Made by a program: the position numbers and the translations under genes. A stretch of DNA of 62,565 nt, filler included, from Chiloscyllium plagiosum (taxonomy: Eukaryota): assembly GCF_004010195.1 (NCBI RefSeq). It is 5 parts of one record of this genome, joined end to end, with 100 filler letters (N's around TTAATTAATTAA, not from the genome) between each part and the next. Parts side by side here need not be neighbours in the genome. Positions count along the whole stretch, not along the records: positions 28,281 to 46,894 come from NC_057717.1; positions 46,995 to 55,940 come from NC_057717.1; 3 more parts are not named here. One strand, written 5' to 3'. Shown one piece after another: positions 37,120 to 48,602 of this stretch. How positions within the stretch are numbered: position 1 is the stretch's first letter; each line of letters begins with the position of its first letter. The notes beneath the pieces are model-generated. The model was not told where the DNA came from and did not search any database. It was given only the letters and a program-made list of their open reading frames with translations.

Positions 37120-38168
37120 ATGTACCAGCCTCTGTGTAAAGAAGTGGCCCCTCAGGTTCCCTTTTAATCCTTCCCCTCCAACCTTAAACTGATCCCCTCT
37201 AATCCTCGATTGGGTTCACTTTGGAAAAAGACTGAGAGCATTAACCCTATCCATACCCCTCGTGATTTTATACAGCTCGATAAGGACTCCCTCAGTCTCC
37301 GACAATCTAAAGAAAAGGTCCTAGCTTGTCCAACCTCTCCTTATAACTCAGACCATTGAGTCCTGGCAACGTCTTCATAAATTTCTTCTGAACTCTTTCT
37401 AATGTAATAACATCCTCCCTATAACAAGGTTACAAAAACTGAACACAATACTCTAAGTGCGGCCTTACCAAACTCCTGTGTAACTGCAACGTAAGTTCCC
37501 AACTTCTATACTCAATGTCCAGCCTGATGAAGGCCAATGTGCCAAAAGCCTTCTTCATTGTCTACCTGTGACTCTACTCTTGGAGAACCGTTCCCGTGAA
37601 AATCAAGGTCTCTCTGCCCACTGCACCCCTTAAGACCCTCCCATTCACCGTGAAACTCCTACCTTGATTTGAGTTTCCAAAATGCAAGACCTCACACATC
37701 TATATTAAATTCCATTTGCCATTTCTCTGCCCACTTCCCCACCTGATTAAAGTCCTGCTGCAATTTCTCATAAACTTCCTCACTGATCACGCTACCACTT
37801 ATTTTAGTGTCATATTCAAACTTACTAATCATGCCTTGTACATTCTCAACCAAATAATAGATAACAAGCAGCAATGGACCCAGCCTCCAGTCTGACAAGC
37901 ATCCTTCCACTAAACCCTCTGCTTTCGACCATCAACCCAACTGTGTATCCGATTGGCCAGTTCCCCCAGCATTCCACGTGATGGAACCTTCCAGAGCAGC
38001 CTGCCATGTGGAACCTTATCAAAGGCCTTACTGAAATCCATAGAGACTAAATATACAGCTCTGTCCTCGTAAACCTTCTTGGTCACTTCATCAAAGAACT
38101 CTAACAAATTTGGGAAGCATGATCTCCCACTCACAAGTCTATGCTGACTGCTCTGAATCAAACCCTGT
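37120..38168 (-). mobile_element. CR1 LINE RT and 3' part
   Basis: Motifs SQHRLVSGRSCFPNLLEFFDEVT..MDFSKAFDKVPHGRLL and ISKFEYDTKI..WAEKWQMEFN. Confidence 0.9.
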
Positions 38169-38489
38169 GTAAGTAATGGGTGCAGTCAATGGTATGCTGT
38201 CCTTCATTGTAAGATGATTCGCGTACATAAGTAAAGCCATCTTCCTGCAGTTGTAGAGCCTTGCTGAGAGAGCTTTGGGACACTATCTACAGATTTGATC
38301 TCCTTTGTAAGGAATGATATCCTTCCCACAGATATAGATGTTGGTACTATGAGGGTAGAGTGAAGAACCTGAGAGTTTAATCTGCAAAGCTGTGAAATAC
38401 AAAGAAATGGTGATGCGGAAACATGAAGTGTAGCAGGTGCATTTCCAAAAAACACATTGATAGCGTGAGAAATTCCATACTTTACCCAG

Positions 38490-38720
38490 GATTGATTGGT
38501 GTGATTTATAGTCACGTGTACCTCAGGACAGAGAAACACTTTGTTTGTGTGCAGTGGAGGCAGATCATAGTTAGCATGGCCAGACAGATCATAGTGTGGA
38601 AATATACTTGGACAGAGTAAGGCATACAGGATACATTGCACAAGACAAGCAGTCGACAAGATCAACAAGAGCAAGATCAGCATTATTTGAACATAGAGAA
38701 TCGATTCACCAGTTTAACGT
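38490..38720 (-). mobile_element. LINE 3' end (Rex1/Babar-like tail)
   Basis: Minus strand ends GGTACACGTGACTATAAATCACACCAATCAATC. Absent from copies A and C. Confidence 0.5.
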
Positions 38721-39093
38721 GGTCTTTCCTAATAGTTTATATGCCTAAATTAACTCTCCCCATGTTATTGTGCAGTCGGCGTGTGAGCCCGTACTGAACG
38801 TCAGGTTGAATACAATCCGCAACAGCAGCCACAATACCTTTGATCTGAAACAGTTAGCCATTCCCACCAGCTTCCACCCTACATAGAGAACACCAGGCTG
38901 GCTTCTCGGAGATGGAAGGTGCCTTCTTGAGACTTCGCACAAGACATATGGCTTCCCTCCTCAACACTAGAAAACCACGTTAAAGTCCCACGTGTTTATC
39001 ATGAGCAACGGAGCCAAGAGGACCAACGTGGAGCAGTCTGTCTGTGCACTACCGTGCCTCTGCTCCACTTGCTCATCATGTTGGAGCATCAAT

Positions 39094-39224
39094 CCGGAGA
39101 CAGTGAGGACTGCCGATGTTGGAGATTGTAGTAGAGAGTAGATTGCTGGAAAAGCACAGCAGGTCAGGCTGCTCCGAGGAGCAGGAGAATCCACGTTTTG
39201 GGCATAAACCATTCATCAGGAATC
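39094..39224 (-). mobile_element. Short Penelope pseudo-LTR insertion with 9-bp TSD
   Basis: AGCATCAAT at 39085-39093 and 39225-39233. The empty site is present in copy A (~18241). Confidence 0.88.
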
Positions 39225-39526
39225 AGCATCAATTACCTCATTCTGTCCCTTTGCAAGTGCGTTGAGGGGGAATGGCCTCGTACTGTTCCTTTTTAAGTGA
39301 CTTTAGTGGCTGAATGACCTCCTTCCGTTCCTGTGTAAGAGACTGAAGGAGCTGAATGGCCTCATTGTGTTGCTGTGGAAGTGGCTTTAGGAGTCGAATG
39401 GCCTCCTCCTGTTCCAGTGTAAGAGACTCAAGGGTCTGAATAGCTTCTTTCTCTTCCGATTGGACAGGACCAAGAGCCTGATTGGGTTACCACGGTTCCT
39501 GTTTGACAGCTCGATGTACTGACAAG

Positions 39527-40168
39527 TGGGATGATGCTGCAGGCTTTGAGAGGTTATTTTGTCCTGGTTTCTTTTCAGAGAGAGATTGAATGATCGTTAC
39601 CAAACTGGTTAGTTAAGGCCACTGAGTAAACATCTAGGGAGGTCTTGGGTTAATTTTAATGCAGCCTGAAAGGGTGTGACCAGCTCTCACAAATTACGAT
39701 CTCTGGGTTTTGGTTTCTAAGTAGCATCAGAAACTATTGGGGTCTACACAGAGTTGGAAGCTTCAGTGACTATCTCCTAGCTGCTACCCTCTCTGAATTT
39801 TCTCTTGATGCTGTTTTTAATTCCTGGATTGGAGAAATATTTGTGACAACCTGTGTCTGAATTTTCCTTTCTGCCAGGGGCTGTGTTTATGGGATTTTCC
39901 GAAATTGGTTCAGTTAATTAGTAATAGTTCCTAGATTTGTTATTCTGTTAACTTGTCTAATAGAATTACGTTTTCCTAAATTCCTCTTTCTTTGCTTTCA
40001 TTTTATCTTTCGTGTTTCAATAAATAGTGTTTAGCTTCACACCGAGTAGTTTGACCTGTCACATTGCATCTGGAACAGTCACTTTATATTCCCTTTAAAA
40101 TAAAAATAAATAGAGTCTAGTTTACCGCCTTCAAAAGTTTTCGAGGGGCTCTCGTTTGGTCCATCACA
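39527..40168 (+). mobile_element. Solo LTR (642 bp)
   Basis: Begins TGGGATG and ends CATCACA. Flanked by CAAG/CTAG, where the empty site in copy A reads CCAG (~18372). AATAAA at 40019. Confidence 0.8.
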
Positions 40169-41659
40169 CTAGACTCCTTCTCTTCCTGAGTAATATGCTG
40201 GAGGCACTGAATGGGCTGTCCCTGTTCTTCTCCAATAGTGTCAATGGGCCGAATAGCTTCCTCATATTCCTGTGAAACCAGCGTGAGTTGCTGAATGAAC
40301 TCTTAATTTACTGTGGTAATATGCAATGTCAGGCAGTGCTGCGAGATGAATGTTACGGACCATTTAACAGCACAAGTCTCAATGGAGTCTGAGTCTTGCT
40401 GCACATGGACACAGACTAGTTCAGGAGCTGACCGGAGTACAAAATGTTCTGAACATTGTGGAATCTTCAGTGACCATCCCCACTTCTGATCTTATGGTGG
40501 GGAGGGTGGGGAGGGGAGACATTGTGAAGCAGCTGAAGTTGTTTGTGAAGAGGAAACTACCCTGAGGATCTCGCACAGAGGTGACCCAGGACTGAGATGA
40601 TGAACATCTTCCTATGTGCCATGTTGGACTCCAAATACTGGAGAGTTTACTAAGATTCCCATTAAGTCGAGTTTTGTTAAGCTCCTTGACGTCAGCAGAT
40701 GTCAACCACTGCCGTGATATCAGGGCCAGTCACTTGTACCTGAACCCTTGTCTCGACCTCTTTTGTTCATCTCAATAAACCATGATATAGGAGCAGTGAG
40801 TGTTTTCTTCAAACAGGTGGTATTGAATGTCAGGAGTTCTCTTCTCAAGAGTGTTGGGGAGCAAAATGACTGAAAGTATTTGAAGAAGAGGTAGATGGAT
40901 ATTGATCTGTAAGAGAGTTGAGGGCAATGATGAATTGGGTATGAAAGAGGGTTTGAGACAGAGTGCAGATCAGTCATGATCTTAGTGAAGGGCAAAGCAG
41001 GCTTGGGGAGTGAACGACCTGTTCCTGTTTCTGATGTTCTCACATTCTGTTGTTGGAAAGTTAGTGAGTGTTATTTTCATGAATGCCTGTTATGGAATGT
41101 TTCAGGAAGGGAGACCAGAGGATTTTGTGAGCCATCTCTGGGTGAGGTATGGGGGCTGTATTCGCAGTGAATCTGCATCTAAACATGACCAACAAATGAA
41201 GCACAAGTTGCAGAGAGGGGAAGCTCTGTAAAGAGAGATGAGGGGCCTCTTTCATACCAGTGCCTGGATCTTCCAATTGCATTTCCCAAATCACTTCAAC
41301 GCGTGTGTGACAGTCTTCAGAGGCTGAATTGTCTCCTCTGCTTCTGTGCAACAGGTTATAGGAGTAAATGGCCTCCCAGCTCTCCTATCTAGCAGGTATG
41401 CGGGGCTGGATGGAATACAGAAACATGGGACTGAGGAGCAGGAGTGGGACATTCGATACTTTGAGCCTTCTCCACCAGGCACTAAGATTGTGGACTCAGC
41501 CCCACATTCCTGTCTGTATACTATTAACCATGACTCACTTCCCTGTCAAATATTTAATTAAACAGCTTTCAATCCTTGTGAACATAGAGGCACGATAAAC
41601 TTCCAGTGAAGAGAATTCACACTTGAAAGGTCCTTTCAGAATATTTCGCCATCCCTCTT

Positions 41660-41886
41660 ATAGAATCTGACAGTCATGCAGAATGGATACAGACCCGTTA
41701 GTCCAATCTGTTCACTCCGATCAGATATCAAATCTGATCCAGTCCCATTTGCCAGCATTTGGCCAATATCCCTCCTCTTTCAGATACTTTTTAAATGTGC
41801 GATTGTAGCCGCCTTCAGCACTTCCTCTGACAGCACTTTCTGTACACACACCACTCTCTGTGTGAAACATTTATCTTCTGGTCCCT
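41660..41886 (-). mobile_element. CR1 3' end fragment
   Basis: Minus strand FSHREWCVY-like C-terminus and a CR1-type 3' UTR. Runs into an N gap. Confidence 0.65.
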
Positions 41887-42386
41887 NNNNNNNNNNNNNN
41901 NNNNNNNNNNNNNNNNNNNNNNNNNNNNNNNNNNNNNNNNNNNNNNNNNNNNNNNNNNNNNNNNNNNNNNNNNNNNNNNNNNNNNNNNNNNNNNNNNNNN
42001 NNNNNNNNNNNNNNNNNNNNNNNNNNNNNNNNNNNNNNNNNNNNNNNNNNNNNNNNNNNNNNNNNNNNNNNNNNNNNNNNNNNNNNNNNNNNNNNNNNNN
42101 NNNNNNNNNNNNNNNNNNNNNNNNNNNNNNNNNNNNNNNNNNNNNNNNNNNNNNNNNNNNNNNNNNNNNNNNNNNNNNNNNNNNNNNNNNNNNNNNNNNN
42201 NNNNNNNNNNNNNNNNNNNNNNNNNNNNNNNNNNNNNNNNNNNNNNNNNNNNNNNNNNNNNNNNNNNNNNNNNNNNNNNNNNNNNNNNNNNNNNNNNNNN
42301 NNNNNNNNNNNNNNNNNNNNNNNNNNNNNNNNNNNNNNNNNNNNNNNNNNNNNNNNNNNNNNNNNNNNNNNNNNNNNNNNNNNNNN

Positions 42387-45300
42387 GGAGGAGGCCTTTC
42401 AAACTGCCTGAATGGCTACACAAGAACAGGGTATGTGTCGCTAACAGGAAATAGAGAATAGACACAAATGTTTATTTTCAGGTTGCAAAGCTGTAATTGA
42501 TGGAATGCCTCAGAGGTCTCTGTGGGGTCATCAATGATCAATAATCTGTATCAAAGATCTGGAGGAAGGGGGGGGGGATGTTTTGGAGCTTAGTTAGCTT
42601 GTACATCAAGATGGCCATTCAATGTTGTCGTCAAATGGAGGTAATGAGTCGACAATGCGATGTAGACAGGGAAGGTTAGTGAGCAAACCTTCAGCAGAAA
42701 TAACACAAAGTAAGTTGATTATTTTGGAATTAATGATGAAACAATGGTAATCAATTTAAATGGAGAGAAATTGCTGAACTCTGTGATACAGGCGGTTTCC
42801 ATGTTTTTGGTGCATGAATCATATGAAGCCAGTCTGCAGATGCAGCAAGTTATTTGGGAGGTAAATGGAATGTGCTGTTTTTGGCAAAAGGTATCAGGTT
42901 CAAACGCAGAAATGTTTAACTGCATCTGTACAGGGCGTTGCTGAGACCACACCTGATGCATTGTGTGCAGTTTTGATCTCATAAAATAAAATGAAAGGAG
43001 ATAATTCTTTTCGAAGATTTTCAAAGAGGTTTCCCTTTATTCATTCCTGGAATGCCGGCCTTTTGTTATGGGGGATTATCAGTTTCGATCTTAGCTAAGA
43101 AATAGTATTGAACCCTCGATGACTTTCTGAAAAGTGCATCAACTGGATGCGTATTATCTCTTGAATACATTTTAAGAAAAAGATGTATTAAAATTAACAC
43201 ACATACTATGACGACACCTACCGATATTTACAACGTCCACAGACAAATGTCTTTAAATTAAAAAGTGGGGACTTTTTTTGCGATTGAAAGGAATGACGCA
43301 CTTGCATATAATCTATAATCAAGTTTTCCAGAGGATGTTCCAGGAGAACACACATGGCCCAGTTTGATGTTCAGTTGACATTATTGTATATTCCAACACA
43401 GAGAGGGAGAAAAATGTTCCCTGGCTGAGATACAGCAGCCAATTGATCCCTCTCTCTTACTTTATTCCGCCCGATAGCAAAGTGTGAGACCAGAAAATCC
43501 CTGAGTTATCTTTACCACCTGTGAAGGATTCCTGGTGAGGATTCATTGGAATCTCTCCACTGCCTGAAACAAAGGGAATTCAGCGAAATCCAACTGTTCT
43601 AGAAAGAAATCCCACGACAAGTACATTGTGTGAGCAGAATAACTTCAAAGGCAGAATAACATTTGGGGCACTCCATCATTTTAACATTTGTTATGAGTTC
43701 AAATTTCTCTGTCTCTCATTTCTCTCGAAAATGACCTACTCTGAGACCTATATCATTGGCCACATCACTAAACTGGTTGCATTTAAGATTGGTGTAACCA
43801 GTGGAGGATTGGGACTAGAAAAGGAAACAGTGACCCTCCAACTTTGCATGGAACACAAATGAGAAATTCTCAAAGGGCTGTTCAAGTATAATTCCTTTCC
43901 CCAGACGTTTGTGGTGCCTGGATGTTTACATTTATTCAAAGTTGTAATTGGTGACATTTGACAGACAAGTGAATTTAGGAAAATGGTATACAGACAGAAA
44001 AGTGCTGCTGAGACCACAATCTTTGTGCGTGTTAGAACGGTGACAAAATGGCCCACTCCTGCTGCTCAGCCGTACGTTCCGATGTTCCATTCAACCCCTC
44101 ACCGTTCCTGCAAGGAGCAGATCGAGGCCACTTCATCCAAATACCTGGTCTACAGTAACACAGGATATCATTCATTCCCTCCAGATAATCACGCACGGTT
44201 TAGTGTGGGTTGGAAAATGTTATTGGGAAATAGAGGCTGGGTTCGAAAGATGCCTCTGGTCTCTTTACAGAGTGTCTCCTCTCTGCAACTAATGCTTCAG
44301 TTGTTGGTCATATTATAGACCCAGATTCCCAGTGAATACAGCCCCCATACCTCACCCAGAGATGACTCTCAAAATACTTTACTCTCTCTAATTGCAACAT
44401 TCAATAACAGAACGTTCAGGAAAATTACAACCATTAACTTTGTAATGACAGAATATGAAGACAGAAGGATCAGGATCGGTAATTCGGATGATCAAATCAT
44501 TGTATACAATCTTGGCTGATCTACAGTTGACTTTAACTCCTCTTTAATGCCAATTCGTCACACCCCTTAGCTCTCTGACAGGTCAAAAATCCATCTACAT
44601 CCTCCTTAAATACTTACAGTGATGTAGCTCCAATAACTCTCTAGCCCAGATAATGTCTGACAGTGATTACCTTCTGTGAGAGGAAAACACTCCCCACACA
44701 TACACCGTCGTCTATTGATATGAACAAGAGGTGAACACAGGGGCTCAGAAAAGAGTGAATGGCTTTGATATCAAGGCTGTATTTGACTGAGGATGGCATC
44801 GGGACCGCCTACTTACTTGAGCTGAATGGGAATCAGGTGTAACCTCCCACTTGTCTGAACCTTTCAGAGCACTAAGAAAGATGCTTGTGGTCAGTGGCCA
44901 ACAGTCCTCTCAGTTACGGGACATCTCTGCAGGAGATCCTCAGGTTAACCTCCTCAGCACAAACATCTTCAGCTGCTCCATCCATGTTTTTCCCCATCAT
45001 AAGATCTGAAGTGGGGATGATGACTGAAGATCACACAATGCTCAGAGCATTTTGTCCCTCATCAACCATTCTGTGTCCATGTGCAGCAAGACGCAGGCAA
45101 CATTCCGTTTTGAGCTGTTAAAGCGCCAGCAACATTCATGTAACAGTACGGCCAGACACTGCGCATTTCTACAGTTCAAAGAGGAGCTCACTCACCATCG
45201 CAAGTTGGTTACACACGGATATGTGGAAGCCATTCAGCAAACTACTGAACAAGAAAAGGGACAGCCCATTCAATCCTCCTGCCTGTTCCACAGGAAGAGA

Positions 45301-46440
45301 AGGGGTCTGTCAGTTCATCGAGCTGTTAAACAGGAGCAGGCAGAGCCCAATCAGACCCTTAAACCTGTTCCATGAGACCAGGAGGAAGCTAAACAGTCCC
45401 ACGAGACACTTATACAGGAACAGGTGGTTGTCATTGATAGTCCAACATGACAAACCAATGAAACTGAGACTGCACTGATAGAGGGCTCTATGGTATTTAT
45501 CTTGGCTCCACTATTTGCTGGCAGTGAGGAGGGAAGCCAAATGTTTGTGTCAAGTCTCAAGGAGGCATCTTCCATCTCCGAGAAGACACACCCATGTTCT
45601 CCATTGAGGTCAGATGTTGCAAGGAAGATTAGATTACATTAGTGTGGAAACAGGTCCTTCGGGCCAACAAGTCCACACCGACCCGCCGAAGCGAAACCCA
45701 CCCATACCCCTACATTTACCCCTTACTTAACACTACGGGCAATTTAGTATGGCCAATTCACCTGGCCCTGCAATCTTTGTGACTGTGGGAGGAAACCGGA
45801 GCACCCGGAGGAAACGTGCAAACTCCACACAGTCAATCGCCTGAGGCGGGAATTGAACCCAGGTCTCTGGCGCTGTGAGGCAGCAGTGCTAACCACTGTG
45901 CCACCGTGCCGCCCACAAAAGAGTTAACTCTTTCATAATGAAGGTCTTGTGGCTCCTGTCGGGATTATGGATAACATGACGTTCATTGCAGGATCACACA
46001 CCAGTTGAACTGTATTAATATTTGGAGAGTTTATTCAAAACCCTGAACCTCTCTCTTTCTCTCTCTCTCTGTCTCAATCAAAATAGGGAGTGCGTGCAGT
46101 TGGGTGGAACGTTCGTAGACGCTCTTAAACTATCGAGAATCATGTAACCCGAGTGACAAAAATGACATGGAATTCATCTCTGTATCAGTGCCTGTTTAGA
46201 ACATCATGAGTGATTGTCCATCCCACTTAAAGTTCAATGCAATCACCTCTTATTCTCTCACTGAGCTTCACTCACTGCTTATGGTGCCATCATCTCAGGG
46301 ATTAGTCGAGTGAAACTTCAGAGAGAGTCTATCCACAGTACCCCAAATACTGCCCCAAAAACACTCTCAGGGATGATCGCAATAATCCCTTTCTCTCACT
46401 TAGACATCGCCATTTCTTTCCTGTGCCATAAAAAGCCATT
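42387..46440 (-). repeat. Segmental duplication module, copy C (inverted copy of 17480-21340)
   Basis: The reverse complement aligns along its length with copy A: 43320-44010 vs 19700-20390, 44690-44840 vs 18880-19040, 46330-46440 vs 17480-17600. Confidence 0.9.
45629..45914 (-). mobile_element. HE1 / V-SINE, near full length, inserted into module copy C
   Basis: Reverse complement of the HE1 head (…CACTGTGCCACCGTGCCGCCC) and a CR1-derived tail (…GTAATCTAA). Absent from copy A. Confidence 0.93.
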
Positions 46441-46441
46441 T

Positions 46442-46894
46442 AGAACATGGAACATAGAACATAGAAGAATACAGCGCAGTACAGGCCCTTCGGCCCTCGA
46501 TGTTGCGCCGATCCAAGCCCACCCAACCTACACTAGCCCACTATCCTCCATATGCCTATCCAATGCCTGCTTAAATGCCCATAATGAGGGAGAGTCCACC
46601 ACTGCTACTGGCAGGGCATTCCATGAACTCACGACTCGCTGAGTAAAGAACCTACCCCTAACATCTGTCCTATACCTACCACCCCTTAATTTAAAGCTAT
46701 GCCCCCTCATAATAGCTGACTCCATACGTGGAAAAAGATTCTCACTGTCGACCCTATCTAAACCCCTAATCATCTTATACACCTCTATCAAGTCACCCCT
46801 AAACCTTCCTTTCTCCAATGAAAACAACCCCAAGTGCCTCAACCTTTCCTCATACGATCTTTCTACCATACCAGGAAACATCCTGGTAAACCTC
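46442..46894 (-). mobile_element. Young CR1 LINE 3' end (intact ORF2 C-terminus and tail)
   Basis: ORF 46528-46881: MFPGMVERSYEERLRHLGLFSLEKGRFRGDLIEVYKMIRGLDRVD...FFTQRVVSSWNALP. (TTCTATG)n-type tail at 46442-46466. Confidence 0.95.
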
Positions 46895-46994
46895 NNNNNN
46901 NNNNNNNNNNNNNNNNNNNNNNNNNNNNNNNNNNNNNNTTAATTAATTAANNNNNNNNNNNNNNNNNNNNNNNNNNNNNNNNNNNNNNNNNNNN

Positions 46995-48602
46995 ACGCGT
47001 GCCTCATACAGTGTGATCTCTGCCGTCGTTATGTCCTTGGGTGGTATCAGTCCACAATAGACCTTATCGACTTTCGTGAGGCAGTTAAGATACTGGGACA
47101 TTGTCTCGACTTCTTTAGGGATTCTTGCTTCAATTGATTGTGGGTACGATATGCTATTGGTGATTCAGCAGACCCTGAGGCGGCGACCGTTGACTTGGAA
47201 TCTTCGCGAAGTGGATCTCGTAGGGGGGCTGTAGATCTTCGAGGGCACCCATTAAGGTTAGGATCTGATCCAGTCTTAAGACACTGTACAGCTTCATTAG
47301 GTTGTTTTCCGTGTGTTTGTGCATGTGCGCTGGTGTTTGTCCGTGTACTTGATCAATCTTTTATTCGAGATTTTCTTTCCCTGAAATCAGGCTCAGCCTT
47401 TAACATGTTACAAGCACTCCAATTCACAGGTTCTATTTTACCCTTCTGTTTCTCCTTCTTTCTCTACTCCAACAGTGACCTCAGTATTTGCAACTGCATG
47501 TTACTAAAACTTCCTTCCTCCAGAAAACCCCGTTCCTTGATTTACAATTTTAACTGCTTTACAGAAACTGGGCCATAATTATTTAGCATATATTGTATTT
47601 TTTCTTGACCATTCCGAGTTGTCTGTCGACCTTCTTTTTGTTCACTCTTGCTCGTGCCTATTTTCATGGATATTGGAAAAATGTGCATCTCTCTCTGTCT
47701 CTCTCTCTCTCTCTCTTTGCCAATATAACTTGCTTTTACCTCCGGAGGTCCCCTCTCATTGGGCGCGACCGCCTCATTGCCTTGGTTTTCACAAACCAAG
47801 AACCCACGTAACTGGTACAGCTTTGGCGACTCCAACGCTGCCCATGGTGGCTCCAAGTCTCAAACCACCGTTAATCTTGCTGTCTCTTAAACTCTCGAGA
47901 GACGGCAATCCTTTCCCTTGAGTTTTACTCGAATACCGCGCAAGAGTTCACTGGTCCCTCTTCCTGGTTCATTTATTCTCTTCGAACGAGTCTCTATCTC
48001 GGATTACTTTAGCCACAACTCTTACTCTGACCGTATTCGATTCGGAACGCGACTCTGGGGCGATCCACTTATCCCCAGTCCTCTCACGCAAAGGGGCCAA
48101 TTCAGTGCTCGAGATGAAGTGAAAGATCTTCAAGGCAGTGGCGCGTACACCTCCTGGGAATCTTCAAAATCTTACCCAGTCGCAGGGTCCCAGGCGAGCC
48201 CCCTAGTTTCCTGCCGTGGAATTTCAATCGACTCGACGCAAATGCTACCAAGATCAAAGAAAAAGTTTATTTTTGAAATTTGCAGAGTGGACCCGACACA
48301 TTTGCAAGACGCCTCATAAAATGGACGCCTGACGGTTTTCACATATTCCCTTTATATTATATATCGCCTTGCCTTATCACACCTCAAGCCAGGAACCTGG
48401 ATCAGTCGAGTTCCTTTCCACACATGGAGTTGCTTTTTCTAATGCATTGACTGCTGATATAATAGATTATTGGCCTTGAGAGTCAGCTGTAAATTAGGTT
48501 GAACTTTACACCTTTTCTGTCTTTTTGCAAAGTTAGGTCCATAATTCTTTGTTTCAACCATGCTTTCACAGATTTCACAAAAAATGATAATTTTCCATTA
48601 CA
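46995..48602 (-). mobile_element. Endogenous retrovirus 5' portion (class I, gamma/epsilon-like): LTR, PBS-Pro, leader, decayed gag
   Basis: On the minus strand the LTR starts TGTAATGG at 48602, with a TATA-like stretch at ~48350-48364 and AATAAA at ~48266-48271. PBS AGGGGGCTCGCCTGGGAC (~48187-48204) resembles tRNA-Pro TGGGGGCTCGTCCGGGAT. Gag from 47661 reads (M>I)GTSKS..YMLNNYGP..L*IKERGFLEEGSFS..QL..LRSLLE..NWSACNM..STAP..SPIAYRTH. Confidence 0.8.

Larger units (their letters stand above)
38170..41650 (+). repeat. Segmental duplication module, copy B (direct; matches ~17480-19870), with private insertions
   Basis: Colinear with copy A, e.g. TTCTCGGAGATGGAAGGTGCCTTCTTGAG (~38903) and a 31-bp identity at 41190-41220. 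The 5' boundary is approximate. Confidence 0.85.
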
